Source of the DNA: Candidatus Nanopelagicales bacterium
GTDB lineage: Bacteria > Actinomycetota > Actinomycetes > S36-B12
Assembly (NCBI GenBank): GCA_018402235.1
Contig: JAGYJJ010000005.1
Location: forward strand, 258,219-322,218
Reading direction: 5' to 3'
DNA length: 64,000 bases
A program made the position numbers and the translations under genes. Below are positions 1-10,437 of this stretch, one piece after another. How positions within the stretch are numbered: the stretch's first letter is position 1; the number at the start of each line of letters is the position of its first letter. The notes under the pieces are model-generated. The model did not search any database and was not told where the DNA came from. It was given only the letters and a program-made list of their open reading frames with translations.

Positions 1-679
1 GCAAAGCACCGGCCGTCTTGGTCAAGATAATCGTCGGCATCACCGCAGCGCGCTCGGTGACCCCGTTGTTTCGACAACCTTCGATGAAGCTCTCCAGCAC
101 ACCCGGCTCGTAGCCGATCTGCAACTGCAGGAATCGAGCGCCGGCGTCGACCTTCATGCGGGCACGGCGAATTCGAACGTCGGCCGGTGGAGCGAAAGGA
201 TTCTCCACCGCACCGATCAGAAGCTCCTTCTTGTGCTTCAGTTCGCGACCCGACAGGTAGCTACCCCGGGACAAGCCACTCATGATCGAGATCAACTGAG
301 GTCCGTCGATATCGAAAACCCGGCGCGCCTCAGGTTCATCGCCAGCGGTGACGTCGTCTCCGGTCAAAGCGCAAAACGTGGTGACCCCGTGCATCGACGC
401 ACCGACAACGTCTGCTTGCGCAGCAATACGGTTCTTGTCTCGGCACACCACCTGCATGATTGGTTCAATGCCGAGTTGCTTAACGGCAATTGCCATGGAG
501 ACGTTGCTTGCATGAGCGTGTGCAGCCGGATTGTCGGTGATGTTCACCGCATCCACGAAGCCGCGGTAGTGCGTGAGCGCTTGTTCAACCGTTGCCAGGT
601 CGCCGCCGTCCATGGATGGGAACTCCGCAGTGACGATCGGGCGTTCCCTACTCGTGAGCAGTACCTCGAAGTCCGACAT
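1..679 (-). CDS. metF: methylenetetrahydrofolate reductase (MetF-type); start present, 3' end runs off the window
   Basis: Not in the ORF track because it is open at the window edge. My own minus-strand translation from ATG 679-677 gives MSDFEVLLTSRERPIVTAEFPSMDGGDL...AVNITDNPAAHAHASNVSMAIAVKQLGIEPIMQVVCRDKNRIAAQADVVGASMHGVTTFCALTGDD, an MTHFR-family pattern. The ATG overlaps the TGA of the upstream gene (TGATG). Confidence 0.65.
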   Translation of the reverse strand, partial: MSDFEVLLTSRERPIVTAEFPSMDGGDLATVEQALTHYRGFVDAVNITDNPAAHAHASNVSMAIAVKQLGIEPIMQVVCRDKNRIAAQADVVGASMHGVTTFCALTGDDVTAGDEPEARRVFDIDGPQLISIMSGLSRGSYLSGRELKHKKELLIGAVENPFAPPADVRIRRARMKVDAGARFLQLQIGYEPGVLESFIEGCRNNGVTERAAVMPTIILTKTAGAL

Positions 680-1053
680 CAGTGGCTCACCTCCCAACCC
701 TCAGGTGTTTCCCTGTCTTTTCCATTCATCAAGTTCAGCCATGAAGAATCACCTTTGAGTTGGTTATTCACCGGCGGCCGAAGGTGACCCACTTCCTCAC
801 GCCAGGACTTTGGCAAGAGCGGCATCGTCTCGGCTCGATGGTTGGCCTTGACCCACACGCACCGCATCTCCGGCTTAACTTCGCAATTGCCATCCGTTCG
901 GACACCTCCGCAGGGTCCGTTACGCAAGGTTTTGGGGCACGTCATCGGGCAGGTCATGCCCGTGGAGTGCAGAACGCACTGTCCGCACATCTGACAATCC
1001 CAGACCGGGCCCTTGACCACGTGTTCGACGATTGGCAACAACTTGCGAAACAT
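679..1053 (-). CDS. small Cys-rich MTHFR C-terminal-domain / MetV-like protein
   Basis: ORF track, 124 aa. Cysteine clusters (CQMCGQC, CPMTCPKTLRNGPCGG, C..C) as in the zinc/FeS small partner of MetF-type reductases. Translationally coupled to the MetF-like gene. Confidence 0.6.
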   Translation of the reverse strand: MFRKLLPIVEHVVKGPVWDCQMCGQCVLHSTGMTCPMTCPKTLRNGPCGGVRTDGNCEVKPEMRCVWVKANHRAETMPLLPKSWREEVGHLRPPVNNQLKGDSSWLNLMNGKDRETPEGWEVSH

Positions 1054-1055
1054 GC

Positions 1056-1712
1056 CTAGGCCCCAGCGCGCACTGCAATTAGTTCCTTGGCCCGACGAAC
1101 CGCAGTTGCCGCATCAGCTGCGTACCCATCGGCTCCCGACACGTCGGCATACTCCTGGGTTACCGGAGCTCCCCCGACCATGATGATGACGTCGTCGCGC
1201 AGACCCGCCTTCTCGATTGCATTGATGTTTACCTTGAACATCGGCATCGTGGTGGTGAGGAACGCACTCATTCCGACGATGTCGGGCTTGTGCTCTTGGA
1301 TCGCCTCAATGAACTTTTCCGGTGGAACCTGAACGCCGATGTCGATCACATGGAATCCGGCACCTTCCAACATGATGTTCACCAGGTTCTTGCCGATGTC
1401 GTGCACATCACCCTTGACGGTGCCCATCAAGAACGTGCCGACGGTTTCCGCGCCGGTCTGTGCCAGTAGCGGGCGCAGCACCTCGAGCGCTCCGGACATC
1501 GCCTTGCCTGCAATGAGCATCTCCGGAACGAAGTAGTCACCGCGTTCGAATCGTGCGCCAACTTCCTCCAATGCAGGAATGAGCGCATCGAACAAGATCG
1601 TGCTTGGGCTCATGCCCAGTTCCAATCCGGCATTCGTGTGCTCAAGCACTGCGGGGGCATTCCCCACCATGGTCTCGTCGTACAAGACCTTCAATACGTC
1701 GTCGGGAGTCAT
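1056..1712 (-). CDS. cobalamin-binding corrinoid protein of a methyltransferase system (MtgC/MttC-like)
   Basis: ORF track, 218 aa. B12-binding DxHxxG signature (GDVHDIGKN) with downstream SAFLTTT and GGAP segments. Lies next to the MttB-family gene. Confidence 0.9.
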   Translation of the reverse strand: MTPDDVLKVLYDETMVGNAPAVLEHTNAGLELGMSPSTILFDALIPALEEVGARFERGDYFVPEMLIAGKAMSGALEVLRPLLAQTGAETVGTFLMGTVKGDVHDIGKNLVNIMLEGAGFHVIDIGVQVPPEKFIEAIQEHKPDIVGMSAFLTTTMPMFKVNINAIEKAGLRDDVIIMVGGAPVTQEYADVSGADGYAADAATAVRRAKELIAVRAGA

Positions 1713-2518
1713 GCAGCACCCACCCTTCCTCCAGTAGGGACGACGGTTGTAGTCCCTGCGTCGTTGTTAGTCGTGCCTTCAAAACCCAAAATCTCCGAAG
1801 CACTCGCTGCCTGCTCAACAAGCAACTCCGCGTAGTTATGGGCGACTTCGCGGGTCATCCGCAGCGTGGGTCCCGCGATGGACATCGCTGCAACAACATC
1901 GCCGCCTGCGGAGAAGACCGGCGCAGCCACTGCGATAAGACCGGGCTCGAGCTCAGAATCGGCCAAGGCCCAGCCGCGTTGGCGGACCTGCTCAAGTTCC
2001 TCGAGCAAGCGCTCACGGGAGGTAATGGTCCGGGTGCTGATCCTTCGTAGCCTTCCCGGCGGCAGATCGGCTCCATAGGCCAAAAAGACTTTGCCGAGTG
2101 CCGAGGCGTGCAGCGGGACCTTTAGATCGCCTGACTTGACCCCGCCAATCAGATACGTGCAATCGATCTGGCTGATTTGTTCTACCTCGGCGCCGTCCAA
2201 GACTGCCAGGTTGATGGTTTCGCCCGTGGCCTCGCTCAACTCGACCATGAAGGTCCGGGTGACCTCGATCAACTCATCCGTTGGGCGCCGCGAGTGAGCG
2301 AACCGGGTCAAGGCCGATCCGGGGCGTACCGCGCCGTCCTCAGAACGAAGGATCAGTTCGTGCCGCTCCAGGCTGGACAGCAGGCGAGACAACGTGCTCT
2401 TGGCCAAACCACTGGACTCCTGCAACTCCGCGAAACTAGGCGGCTGCGTGGCTTCCAACACGGACAGCAGCAAGCCGGCGGCACGGTCCACCGCCTGGGT
2501 GCCGGATGCTGCAGCCAT
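1709..2518 (-). CDS. IclR-family transcriptional regulator
   Basis: ORF track 1709..2614. The internal ATG at 2518 (MAAASGTQAVDRAAGLL...) gives a normal wHTH (LAKSTLSRLLSSLE) plus IclR effector domain. The stop overlaps the corrinoid gene start (ATGA). Divergent from the MttB-family gene. Confidence 0.85.
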   Translation of the reverse strand: MAAASGTQAVDRAAGLLLSVLEATQPPSFAELQESSGLAKSTLSRLLSSLERHELILRSEDGAVRPGSALTRFAHSRRPTDELIEVTRTFMVELSEATGETINLAVLDGAEVEQISQIDCTYLIGGVKSGDLKVPLHASALGKVFLAYGADLPPGRLRRISTRTITSRERLLEELEQVRQRGWALADSELEPGLIAVAAPVFSAGGDVVAAMSIAGPTLRMTREVAHNYAELLVEQAASASEILGFEGTTNNDAGTTTVVPTGGRVGAA

Positions 2519-2574
2519 CGGGGGCCTGCCTTTCGAAAAAACCCGGGGAAAGGTCTTCCGCACGGAACCATATT

Positions 2575-2592
2575 GTGGAACCCTTGTTCCAC
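2575..2592. promoter_or_regulatory. inverted repeat GTGGAAC-cctt-GTTCCAC in the divergent IclR/MttB promoter region (candidate IclR operator)
   Basis: Perfect 7-bp arms with a 4-nt spacer, read directly from the sequence. An extra GGAAC half-site lies about 10 nt upstream. The repeat sits 64 nt before the mttB-family ATG (2656). Confidence 0.5.
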
Positions 2593-2655
2593 GATTGAAG
2601 TGTAGGTAGCCCACCGAAACTCGTCAAGGGTTACTGCTCAACTGATGGGAGAGCC

Positions 2656-4095
2656 ATGTTTCGCAACTCGATGCCGCGCTATGAGATCTTGTCCCAGGAC
2701 GCGCTCGCCACCTTGGACAAGGGCTGGCGAAGGATCGTCTCCGAAATTGGCATCCAGTTCGCCAAACCCGAAGCGGTAGAGATCTTCAAAGCCCACGGCC
2801 AGAAGGTGGACGGGGAGACGGTCTTCCTGGATCCGGAATTTCTCCTCGAGCAGGTAGCAAAGGCTCCGTCGGAGTTCGACATGCAAGCCCGCAACCACGA
2901 TCACGACGTCCACATCGGCGGCGACGCCATGGTCTTCTCCAGCGTGTACGGCCCGCCTTTCTTCCGCCGCGGCGACGAACGACGCGACGGCACGCTCGCT
3001 GATTTCGAGGACTTCGCGAAGCTCGCACAGTCTTTCGAGGTGATGGACAGTGTGGGTGGCGTGGTGGTCGAGCCCAACGACGCTCCTTTGGATTCACGTC
3101 ACCTGGACATGGTTTACCGGGCCCTCACTCTCACCGACAAGATCTTCATGGGCAATGTGGTGAGCGCGACCAATGCGCAGGACACCGTGGCCATGGGCGA
3201 GATGGTGTTCGGTGGCCGCGAATCGATTGAGGAGAAGCCCTTTTGCATCTCACTGATCAACTGCAACTCGCCGATGCGCTGGGACGATCGCATGCTCGAC
3301 TCGCTTTTTGTGTACTCAGCAGCTAACCAACCGGTAATCGTGACCCCGTTCCTACTTATGGGGGCGATGTCGCCGGTAACTATCCCCGCTGCACTCGCTC
3401 AGCAGATGGCTGAGGCTGTGTCGGGCATAGCACTCACCCAGTTGATCCGCCCCGGAGCCCCGGTTGTGTTCGGTTCCTTCCTATCCAACATCGACATGCA
3501 GTCCGGATCCCCCCAGTTTGGAACGCCTGAGTCGGGCATCGGCCTGCTGGCAACAGGACAGATTGCTCGCCACTTCGGATTGCCTTTCCGCGGTGGTGGC
3601 GGCCTCAACTCCTCGCAACTCCCCGACGCCCAAGCAGGGTACGAAGCACTCATGACGCTTATGCCCACGTTCCTTTCCGGCACGAACTTCGTCATGCACT
3701 CTGCCGGCTGGCTCGAAGGCGGTCTGGTGTCCAGCATCGAGAAGTACGTGATCGACGTGCAGCTGGTCGAAATGCTGCAACATCAGTTCACGCCGCTGGA
3801 GATAGACGAAGGCTCCATGGCATTCGATGCCCACCAGGAGATCGGACATGGTGGTCACTTCCTCGGCGCGATGCACACGATGGAACGCTTCCGGGACTGC
3901 TTCTACCGACCCTTCCTGTCGAGTTCGGACAATTTCGAGCGCTGGACGCGCAATGGCTCGAAGGACACCGCAACTCGTGCTGGTGAGATTGCCGCAGAGA
4001 AACTCGCCGCCTATGAAGAGCCACCCATGGACGAGGCACTGAAGGCGGAACTGCAGGCCTTCGTTTCCCGGCGCCGGACAGAACTGGGCGATTAA
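2656..4095 (+). CDS. MttB-superfamily (trimethylamine methyltransferase family) protein, non-pyrrolysine type; likely quaternary-amine (glycine betaine-type):corrinoid methyltransferase
   Basis: ORF track, 479 aa, uninterrupted with no in-frame TAG. N-terminus MPRYEILSQDALATLDKGWRRIVSEIGIQF... and overall length are typical of the MttB family. Context is a corrinoid protein plus bet/opu genes. Confidence 0.85.
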   Translation: MFRNSMPRYEILSQDALATLDKGWRRIVSEIGIQFAKPEAVEIFKAHGQKVDGETVFLDPEFLLEQVAKAPSEFDMQARNHDHDVHIGGDAMVFSSVYGPPFFRRGDERRDGTLADFEDFAKLAQSFEVMDSVGGVVVEPNDAPLDSRHLDMVYRALTLTDKIFMGNVVSATNAQDTVAMGEMVFGGRESIEEKPFCISLINCNSPMRWDDRMLDSLFVYSAANQPVIVTPFLLMGAMSPVTIPAALAQQMAEAVSGIALTQLIRPGAPVVFGSFLSNIDMQSGSPQFGTPESGIGLLATGQIARHFGLPFRGGGGLNSSQLPDAQAGYEALMTLMPTFLSGTNFVMHSAGWLEGGLVSSIEKYVIDVQLVEMLQHQFTPLEIDEGSMAFDAHQEIGHGGHFLGAMHTMERFRDCFYRPFLSSSDNFERWTRNGSKDTATRAGEIAAEKLAAYEEPPMDEALKAELQAFVSRRRTELGD

Positions 4096-4104
4096 TCTCA
4101 GGGC

Positions 4105-5763
4105 ATGAAGGAATCGTTCGACTACGTCATCGTTGGCGGCGGGTCTGCTGGATCCGCGCTCGCCAATCGGCTTTCCGCCGATGAATCCCGCTCGGTGCTG
4201 CTGCTTGAGGCCGGGCGGCGGGATTACTGGTGGGACGTCTACATCCACATGCCGGCGGCACTGACATTTCCCATCGGAAATCCGCGGTACGACTGGATGT
4301 ACTCGAGCGAGCCTGAGCCTGGGATGAATGGCCGACGCATCAGCGCCGGACGCGGCAAGATTCTCGGTGGGTCGAGCAGCATCAACGGGATGATTTTCCA
4401 GCGCGGGAATCCACTCGACTACGAGAAATGGGCCAGCGAGCCCGGCATGGACTCGTGGGACTTCGCACACTGTTTGCCGTACTTCAAGAAGATGGAGACG
4501 TGCACCGCCGGCGCCGATGAATGGCGTGGCAACTCAGGGCCGTTGTATATGGAACGCGGTCCGGTGAAAAATCCACTGTTCAATGCATTCTTCGAAGCAG
4601 TGCAGCAGGCAGGGTACCCGCTTACGGCCGATGTCAATGGCTACAAGCAGGAGGGCTTCGCGGCGTTCGACGGCAGCGTCAAGAATGGTCACCGCGTTAA
4701 TGCATCGAAGGCCTACCTCAACCCGGTTCGCCACCGCAGGAACCTGACAATCAGAACTCGATCACTCGTGACCAGGGTGCTCATGAACGGCACACGTGCC
4801 ACAGGCGTGGAGGTTCGCGACAGACGTGGACGCCTTCAGCAGATCAACGCAGGCGAAGTGATCTTGAGCGGCGGTGCGATCAACTCTCCGCAGTTGCTCC
4901 AGCTATCCGGCATCGGCGATGCAGACCACTTGCGCAGCGTTGGTGTGGAGCCCGTTCATCACCTACCGGGTGTGGGTGAGAATTTGCAGGATCACCTCGA
5001 GGTGTACGTCCAACATGCGTGCACCCAGCCGGTCTCGCTCAATCCGAATCTGCAGTTCTGGCGCCGCCCTTTTATCGGTGCGGCGTGGTTGTTCGGGCGC
5101 ACCGGACCGGGAGCTTCCAACCACTTCGAGGGCGGCGGATTCGCGCGAAGCAACGACGATGTCGATTATCCGAACCTCATGTTCCACTTCCTACCGATTG
5201 CAGTTCGTTACGACGGCACGGCGCCCGAAGGTGGGCACGGTTACCAGGTGCACATCGGCCCGATGTACTCCAATGCCCGCGGTAGCGTTCGGATAACCGC
5301 ATCCGATCCGACCAAGCCACCGGCCCTGCGCTTCAACTACCTGACAACCGAGCAGGACAAGCGTGAGTGGGTCGAAGCAATTCACGTTGCCCGCGACATC
5401 CTCAGCCAGTCTGCCTTCGCCCCCTATAGCGGAGGGGAGATCTCCCCAGGGTCAGCGGTGAGCACTGACGAAGAGATCCTCGAGTGGGTCCGCCAAGACG
5501 GGGAAACCGCGTATCACCCCTCGTGCACCTGCAAAATGGGCGTGGACGAGATGGCCGTTGTGGATCCCGAATCGCTTCGGGTGCACGGGCTCGACGGGCT
5601 GCGTGTGGTCGATGCCTCGGTCATGCCCGAAATCACCAATGCGAACATCTACGCGCCCACCATGATGATTGCGGAAAAGGCTGCAGATCGCATCATTGGG
5701 ATAAAACCGCTCCCACCGGAGCCCGTTCCGTTCTATCGTCACCGCGACTACGTAACCAAATGA
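4105..5763 (+). CDS. betA: choline dehydrogenase (GMC oxidoreductase)
   Basis: ORF track, 552 aa. FAD-binding N-terminus [19 protein letters not shown] and the GMC signature region [14 protein letters not shown]. Followed by betB. Confidence 0.9.
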   Translation: MKESFDYVIVGGGSAGSALANRLSADESRSVLLLEAGRRDYWWDVYIHMPAALTFPIGNPRYDWMYSSEPEPGMNGRRISAGRGKILGGSSSINGMIFQRGNPLDYEKWASEPGMDSWDFAHCLPYFKKMETCTAGADEWRGNSGPLYMERGPVKNPLFNAFFEAVQQAGYPLTADVNGYKQEGFAAFDGSVKNGHRVNASKAYLNPVRHRRNLTIRTRSLVTRVLMNGTRATGVEVRDRRGRLQQINAGEVILSGGAINSPQLLQLSGIGDADHLRSVGVEPVHHLPGVGENLQDHLEVYVQHACTQPVSLNPNLQFWRRPFIGAAWLFGRTGPGASNHFEGGGFARSNDDVDYPNLMFHFLPIAVRYDGTAPEGGHGYQVHIGPMYSNARGSVRITASDPTKPPALRFNYLTTEQDKREWVEAIHVARDILSQSAFAPYSGGEISPGSAVSTDEEILEWVRQDGETAYHPSCTCKMGVDEMAVVDPESLRVHGLDGLRVVDASVMPEITNANIYAPTMMIAEKAADRIIGIKPLPPEPVPFYRHRDYVTK

Positions 5764-5851
5764 CACGTAACCAACTAAAGGGCCCAACCTGATCACCAGG
5801 TGAACCGCCCGCCAATAAATAATCGCGGTGGAAGGACGGACAATCGTCGTG

Positions 5852-7330
5852 ATGGGACTGCTCATAGATGGTCACTGGTGCCAGGCGGCCAGTGGAGCCA
5901 CCAGGACCATCACCTGCCCGGCAGATGGCCATGTGGTGGGAAGCGTCCCCGAAGCCGGCGAAGTCGACACCGTCCGCGCGATCGAAGCAGCCCGGCGCGC
6001 ATTCGACTCCACCTCCTGGCGCACAACGTCCAGCTTGGAACGCTCTCGACTTCTTCTGGCAGTGGCCGATCGACTCGAGTCCGAGACGCAGACAGTTGCT
6101 GCCGCCGAATCCGCAGACACCGGCAAGCGTCTCGTGGAATCTCGCTACGACGTAGCAGATGTGGTGTCGTGCTTTCGCTACTTCGCAGGGTTAATTCCCA
6201 AGGACTCCGGGCGGGTCATCGACACCGGCAATCCGACCACGATTTCCCGCGTCCAGCACGAGCCCGTGGGCGTGTGTGGACTCATCACTCCGTGGAATTA
6301 CCCGCTCCTGCAAGCGAGTTGGAAGGTTGCCCCAGCCTTGGCCGCGGGGTGCACGTTCGTGCTGAAGCCCAGCGAACTCACGCCACACACCTCGATTCTT
6401 CTCATGCAGTACTTGGTCGACGCTGGGATGCCGGCCGGGGTCGGCAATCTCGTTTTGGGCGCCGGCCCCACTGCTGGAGCACCCCTTTCCAGCCACCCGG
6501 ATATCGACATGGTCTCCTTCACCGGCGGCCTGGCCACCGGTCGCCGCATTATGGAAGCCGCCTCGGCCACGGTGAAGAAGGTCGCCCTTGAACTGGGCGG
6601 CAAGAACCCCAACATCGTCTTCGCCGATGCGGACTGGGATGCGGCCGTCGACAATGCGCTCACCGCCGTCTTTTTGCACTCAGGTCAGGTGTGTTCGGCC
6701 GGAGCGCGGTTGATCGTTGAGGAATCAATTCACGACGACTTTGTGGACGCCCTGGTCGAAGCTGCAGAGGGCATCAGGCTGGGCGGCCCGTACGACGAGA
6801 AGGCACAGACGGGAGCCCTGATCAGCGCAGCGCACCGCGACAAGATCGCCGACTACGTTGCGAAGGCACTGAAAGAAGGAGCCACTTTGCGCTGCGGAGG
6901 CCGAGAGCCCGATGGCCACGCCGATGGCTTCTTCTACCTCCCCACAATCTTGGACGGCTGCACGGCCTCCATGACGTGTGTTCAGGAGGAGTCTTTCGGA
7001 CCGGTGCTCACCGTCGAGACCTTCCGCACCGAGGCCGAGGCAACAGCGATCGCCAACGACACCTACTACGGCCTTGCCGGCGGTGTGTGGACCTCCGATG
7101 CTTCTAAGGCTCAGCGCGTAGCCAACGCCCTTAGGCACGGAACGATTTGGATAAACGACTTCCACCCCTACCTACCTCAGGCAGAATGGGGCGGTTTCAA
7201 ACAATCAGGAGTGGGACGAGAACTCGGCGCCCAGGGCTTCGGCGAGTACTTGGAAACAAAGCACGTCTATCAAAACCTTGACCCGAAACCCAGCGGGTGG
7301 TTCGACGTATCAGCGAAGGAAGCCCGATGA
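5852..7330 (+). CDS. betB: betaine-aldehyde dehydrogenase (NAD-dependent aldehyde dehydrogenase)
   Basis: ORF track 5828..7330. The ALDH catalytic region [15 protein letters not shown]...[16 protein letters not shown] is present. ATG 5852 (MGLLIDGHW...) is the preferred start but remains uncertain. Confidence 0.9.
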   Translation: MGLLIDGHWCQAASGATRTITCPADGHVVGSVPEAGEVDTVRAIEAARRAFDSTSWRTTSSLERSRLLLAVADRLESETQTVAAAESADTGKRLVESRYDVADVVSCFRYFAGLIPKDSGRVIDTGNPTTISRVQHEPVGVCGLITPWNYPLLQASWKVAPALAAGCTFVLKPSELTPHTSILLMQYLVDAGMPAGVGNLVLGAGPTAGAPLSSHPDIDMVSFTGGLATGRRIMEAASATVKKVALELGGKNPNIVFADADWDAAVDNALTAVFLHSGQVCSAGARLIVEESIHDDFVDALVEAAEGIRLGGPYDEKAQTGALISAAHRDKIADYVAKALKEGATLRCGGREPDGHADGFFYLPTILDGCTASMTCVQEESFGPVLTVETFRTEAEATAIANDTYYGLAGGVWTSDASKAQRVANALRHGTIWINDFHPYLPQAEWGGFKQSGVGRELGAQGFGEYLETKHVYQNLDPKPSGWFDVSAKEAR

Positions 7331-8406
7331 CAGCCGTAACCGCTATTGATTCCCAAGTTCAGGTTGATACCGATGCAGCGATCTCCGTCCGGGGTCTGTG
7401 GAAAGTCTTCGGTGAAGACGCCAACTCGATCATCGGTTCACCCGAAGCCCATCTGAGCCGGCCAGAATTACTCGAGAAGACAGGTTGCGTAGCAGCAGTC
7501 CGCGATGTGTCCTTTGATGTCGCCAAAGGCGAGGTCTTCGTCGTGATGGGCCTTTCTGGGTCCGGTAAGTCCACACTCGTTCGCTGCCTCACCCGCTTGA
7601 TCGAACCCACCGCCGGCGAAGTCTTCTTCGAAGGCGAGGACATCCTCACCGCCTCGAAGTCTCGATTACGCGAGCTTCGACGAACCAAGTTCTCCATGGT
7701 GTTCCAACACTTCGGGTTGCTGCCACATCGCCGAGTAATAGACAACATCGCCTACCCCCTCGAAATCAACGGTGTGGGCAAGGACGCTCGCTATCAGCGG
7801 GCGCGCGAAGTGATCGAACTCGTCGGACTCGATGGCTACGCAAACCACTTTCCCGAGCAACTGTCTGGCGGGATGCAACAGCGCGTTGGCTTAGCCCGCG
7901 CCCTTGCGGTCAACCCAGAGGTCATGTTTCTCGACGAACCCTTCAGTGCCCTCGACCCGTTGATTCGCCGCGATATGCAAAACGAGGTCAAGCGCCTGCA
8001 TAAGGACTTGAACAAGACGATGGTGTTCATCACCCACGACCTCGCCGAAGCTATGAAACTCGGGGATCGAATCGTCATCATGCGCGACGGCGACATCGTG
8101 CAGGTGGGAACACCGGTTGATTTGGTGATGAAGCCTGTCGACGATTACGTAGCAGACTTCACCAAGGACATACCCAAGTCCCATGTGCTCACCATGGGAG
8201 CACTCGCGCGGGCTGCGCGTGCTGACGAAACTGTGAGTGCCGATCCGGTCGATGCCGATCTGATCGTCCGCAAAGCGATTCCACGCATTGTCAATTCGAC
8301 TAATCCCGTAGGGGTGGTGAAGGGCGGCGCTACCGTCGGCGTAGTGGGTAGAGACGATATTTTGCATCTCATTGCCGACGATGCCGACGAAGGCAGCAGT
8401 ACGTGA
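7327..8406 (+). CDS. opuAA: glycine betaine/proline ABC transporter ATP-binding protein with C-terminal CBS-like region
   Basis: ORF track 7297..8406. ATG 7327 overlaps the betB stop (ATGA). Walker [10 protein letters not shown], signature LSGGMQQRV, Walker [12 protein letters not shown]. Confidence 0.9.
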   Translation: MTAVTAIDSQVQVDTDAAISVRGLWKVFGEDANSIIGSPEAHLSRPELLEKTGCVAAVRDVSFDVAKGEVFVVMGLSGSGKSTLVRCLTRLIEPTAGEVFFEGEDILTASKSRLRELRRTKFSMVFQHFGLLPHRRVIDNIAYPLEINGVGKDARYQRAREVIELVGLDGYANHFPEQLSGGMQQRVGLARALAVNPEVMFLDEPFSALDPLIRRDMQNEVKRLHKDLNKTMVFITHDLAEAMKLGDRIVIMRDGDIVQVGTPVDLVMKPVDDYVADFTKDIPKSHVLTMGALARAARADETVSADPVDADLIVRKAIPRIVNSTNPVGVVKGGATVGVVGRDDILHLIADDADEGSST

Positions 8407-10376
8407 GTACCCCAACTTTCGTCGACACACTCCCTCACTGGCTGCGCAAGCGCAGCAGCGTCATAGTCATAGTCCTGGTCGTCTGGGTCATTCTCGCCAC
8501 ACTCTTGCGCGGAGTCGACACCCTCGAACTATCCACCGCCACCAATACCCCGGTCACGGAATGGTTCCGCGAGTTAGCTGCGTCGATCCGCGGTAGCCGC
8601 TCCGAGGCATGGATCTTCATCTTCGTCTTCAATCCCATCCGGGCTTTCATCCAAGGATTCGTGGAAGTAATCCGTTCGGTTATCGCAGTTCCTGGTTCAG
8701 GAGACGTGATTCCCGTCATCGGCTGGCTCGGTGTCGTTGCTCTCGTGGGCTTCATCGTGTACGCATCATCCAACTGGCGAACTGCTCTGCTGTCGATGGG
8801 CTTGCTCACGGCATGCGGGATGTTGGGCGTGTGGATAGACACCATGGATACCCTCGCAATGACAATGGGGTCGGTCCTCCTGTCGTTAGCGATAGCGCTA
8901 CCCATCGGGATCTGGGCCGGACTCAACGACCGATTCATGGCATTTATTCGCCCGGTTTTGGACCTCGCGCAGATCCTCCCCACACTCGTCTACCTTGCGC
9001 CCCTCGCGTTGGTATTCCTCGTGGGCATCGCGGCCTCCACCATCGCAACGATGATCTACTCCATACCCATTTGCGTTCGCATCACCGCACACGCGATCCG
9101 TAGCCTCAAGGCTGGCCCGATCGAGGCTTCCGAATCTATGGGGTCGACCCGCTTACAGATGCTGCGCAAAGTCCAACTACCCATGGCTCGGCGAACCATC
9201 ATCCTGGGTATCAATCAGACGACTTTGGCGGCGCTGTCCTTCGTGGTTATTGCGGCCCTCATCGGTGCTCCCGGCCTCGGTAAGCCTGTCATCGAGGCAC
9301 TCACTATTCGCAATGTGGGCAACGGAGTAGTTGCAGGTCTAGCCGTGGTCCTTTTGGCGGTCATGCTTGATCGAGCGACCACCGCAGCAGTGCAGCACAG
9401 CGCTGAGATTCCACCAGAAGGCGACGCACTCATCCGGCGTCGGATCGGACTCGCTGCCGCGGCGGCCGCCACCATTGGAGCTATCGCTTTATCGCGCTAC
9501 CAGTTGTGGGCGGCGGTCTTCCCGGAGCGGTTGGTCATCGGCTCCTACATCGGCAATGCCGCCGATGCTGTCACCGACTGGATCACCAGCAACTTCTACG
9601 CCCTCACCATTGGTCTCAATCAGAACTTCACCATTCACGTTCTCAACCGGGTCGAAGCCGTTTTGGCCGATGCCCCCTGGTATCTCACCATCATCGCGAT
9701 TTCCATTCTGGCGGCGATCATCGGCGGTCGCTTTGTTGGCGTACTCTCCCTTGTCCTGTTGACCGGCGTGGTCCTTATTGGACTGTGGAACGACGCCATG
9801 GTGACCTTGACCCAAGTCCTCATCGCCACCGCGATCGTAATGCTGATCGGTGTACTGCTGGGAGTTGCTGCAGGCCGGAGTCCGCGGGTCGAGCGTGCCC
9901 TGAAACCATTCCTGGACGCCGGCCAGACGCTGCCGGCATTCGTGTACCTCGTTCCGGTTCTCGCCCTGTTCGGACCATCTCGCTTCGCCGCGATCGTGTG
10001 CGGTGTCTTCTACGCGTCGCCCGTAGTGGTCCGCGTGGTGGCCGACGGGGTACGCGGCGTCCCCAAGGACATGGTGGAAGCCGCCGTTTCCTCGGGAAGC
10101 AGCACAACTCAAGTCGTAACCAAAGTGCAACTTCCCGCATCCAAGAAGTCGCTGCTCCTGGGCGCTAATCAGGGCATGATTTTCGTGCTTGCCGTTGTTG
10201 TCATCGGCGGGTTCGTTGGGGCAGGTGGCCTTGGCTACCTGGTCATCGTCGGCCAGTCCAAACCGGAGTTACAGGGCAAAGGACTGGCGGCAGGCCTAGC
10301 GATCGTCTTGCTAGGCATTGTCATGGATCGCATCGCGCAAGCCGGAGCGCGTCGCAACGAGAAACAGCCCACTTAA
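8403..10376 (+). CDS. opuAB: glycine betaine ABC transporter permease, fused tandem (two transmembrane domains in one 657-aa chain)
   Basis: ORF track. The two halves each carry the permease loop ([34 protein letters not shown] and [34 protein letters not shown]). The GTG start overlaps the opuAA stop. Confidence 0.85.
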   Translation: MSTPTFVDTLPHWLRKRSSVIVIVLVVWVILATLLRGVDTLELSTATNTPVTEWFRELAASIRGSRSEAWIFIFVFNPIRAFIQGFVEVIRSVIAVPGSGDVIPVIGWLGVVALVGFIVYASSNWRTALLSMGLLTACGMLGVWIDTMDTLAMTMGSVLLSLAIALPIGIWAGLNDRFMAFIRPVLDLAQILPTLVYLAPLALVFLVGIAASTIATMIYSIPICVRITAHAIRSLKAGPIEASESMGSTRLQMLRKVQLPMARRTIILGINQTTLAALSFVVIAALIGAPGLGKPVIEALTIRNVGNGVVAGLAVVLLAVMLDRATTAAVQHSAEIPPEGDALIRRRIGLAAAAAATIGAIALSRYQLWAAVFPERLVIGSYIGNAADAVTDWITSNFYALTIGLNQNFTIHVLNRVEAVLADAPWYLTIIAISILAAIIGGRFVGVLSLVLLTGVVLIGLWNDAMVTLTQVLIATAIVMLIGVLLGVAAGRSPRVERALKPFLDAGQTLPAFVYLVPVLALFGPSRFAAIVCGVFYASPVVVRVVADGVRGVPKDMVEAAVSSGSSTTQVVTKVQLPASKKSLLLGANQGMIFVLAVVVIGGFVGAGGLGYLVIVGQSKPELQGKGLAAGLAIVLLGIVMDRIAQAGARRNEKQPT

Positions 10377-10437
10377 CGGTGGGCAAGCACCACCCACGAC
10401 CACAGCGGACGTGGGCAACTCCGAAGGGAAGACAGGT

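Noticed and set aside
2656-4095. A possible pyrrolysine (in-frame TAG) codon in the MttB-family gene.
   Set aside because: The ORF is continuous over 479 codons with no internal TAG. No pyl genes are present in the window.
3481-4470. A 329-aa ORF antisense to the MttB-family and betA genes. Similar long antisense ORFs occur at 34196-35497 (433 aa), 35595-36401, 43485-44141, 56638-57474 and 58682-59554.
   Set aside because: These are shadow ORFs typical of GC-rich DNA. They are Arg/Pro/Gly-rich with no recognisable domains, and each lies fully opposite a well-supported conserved gene.
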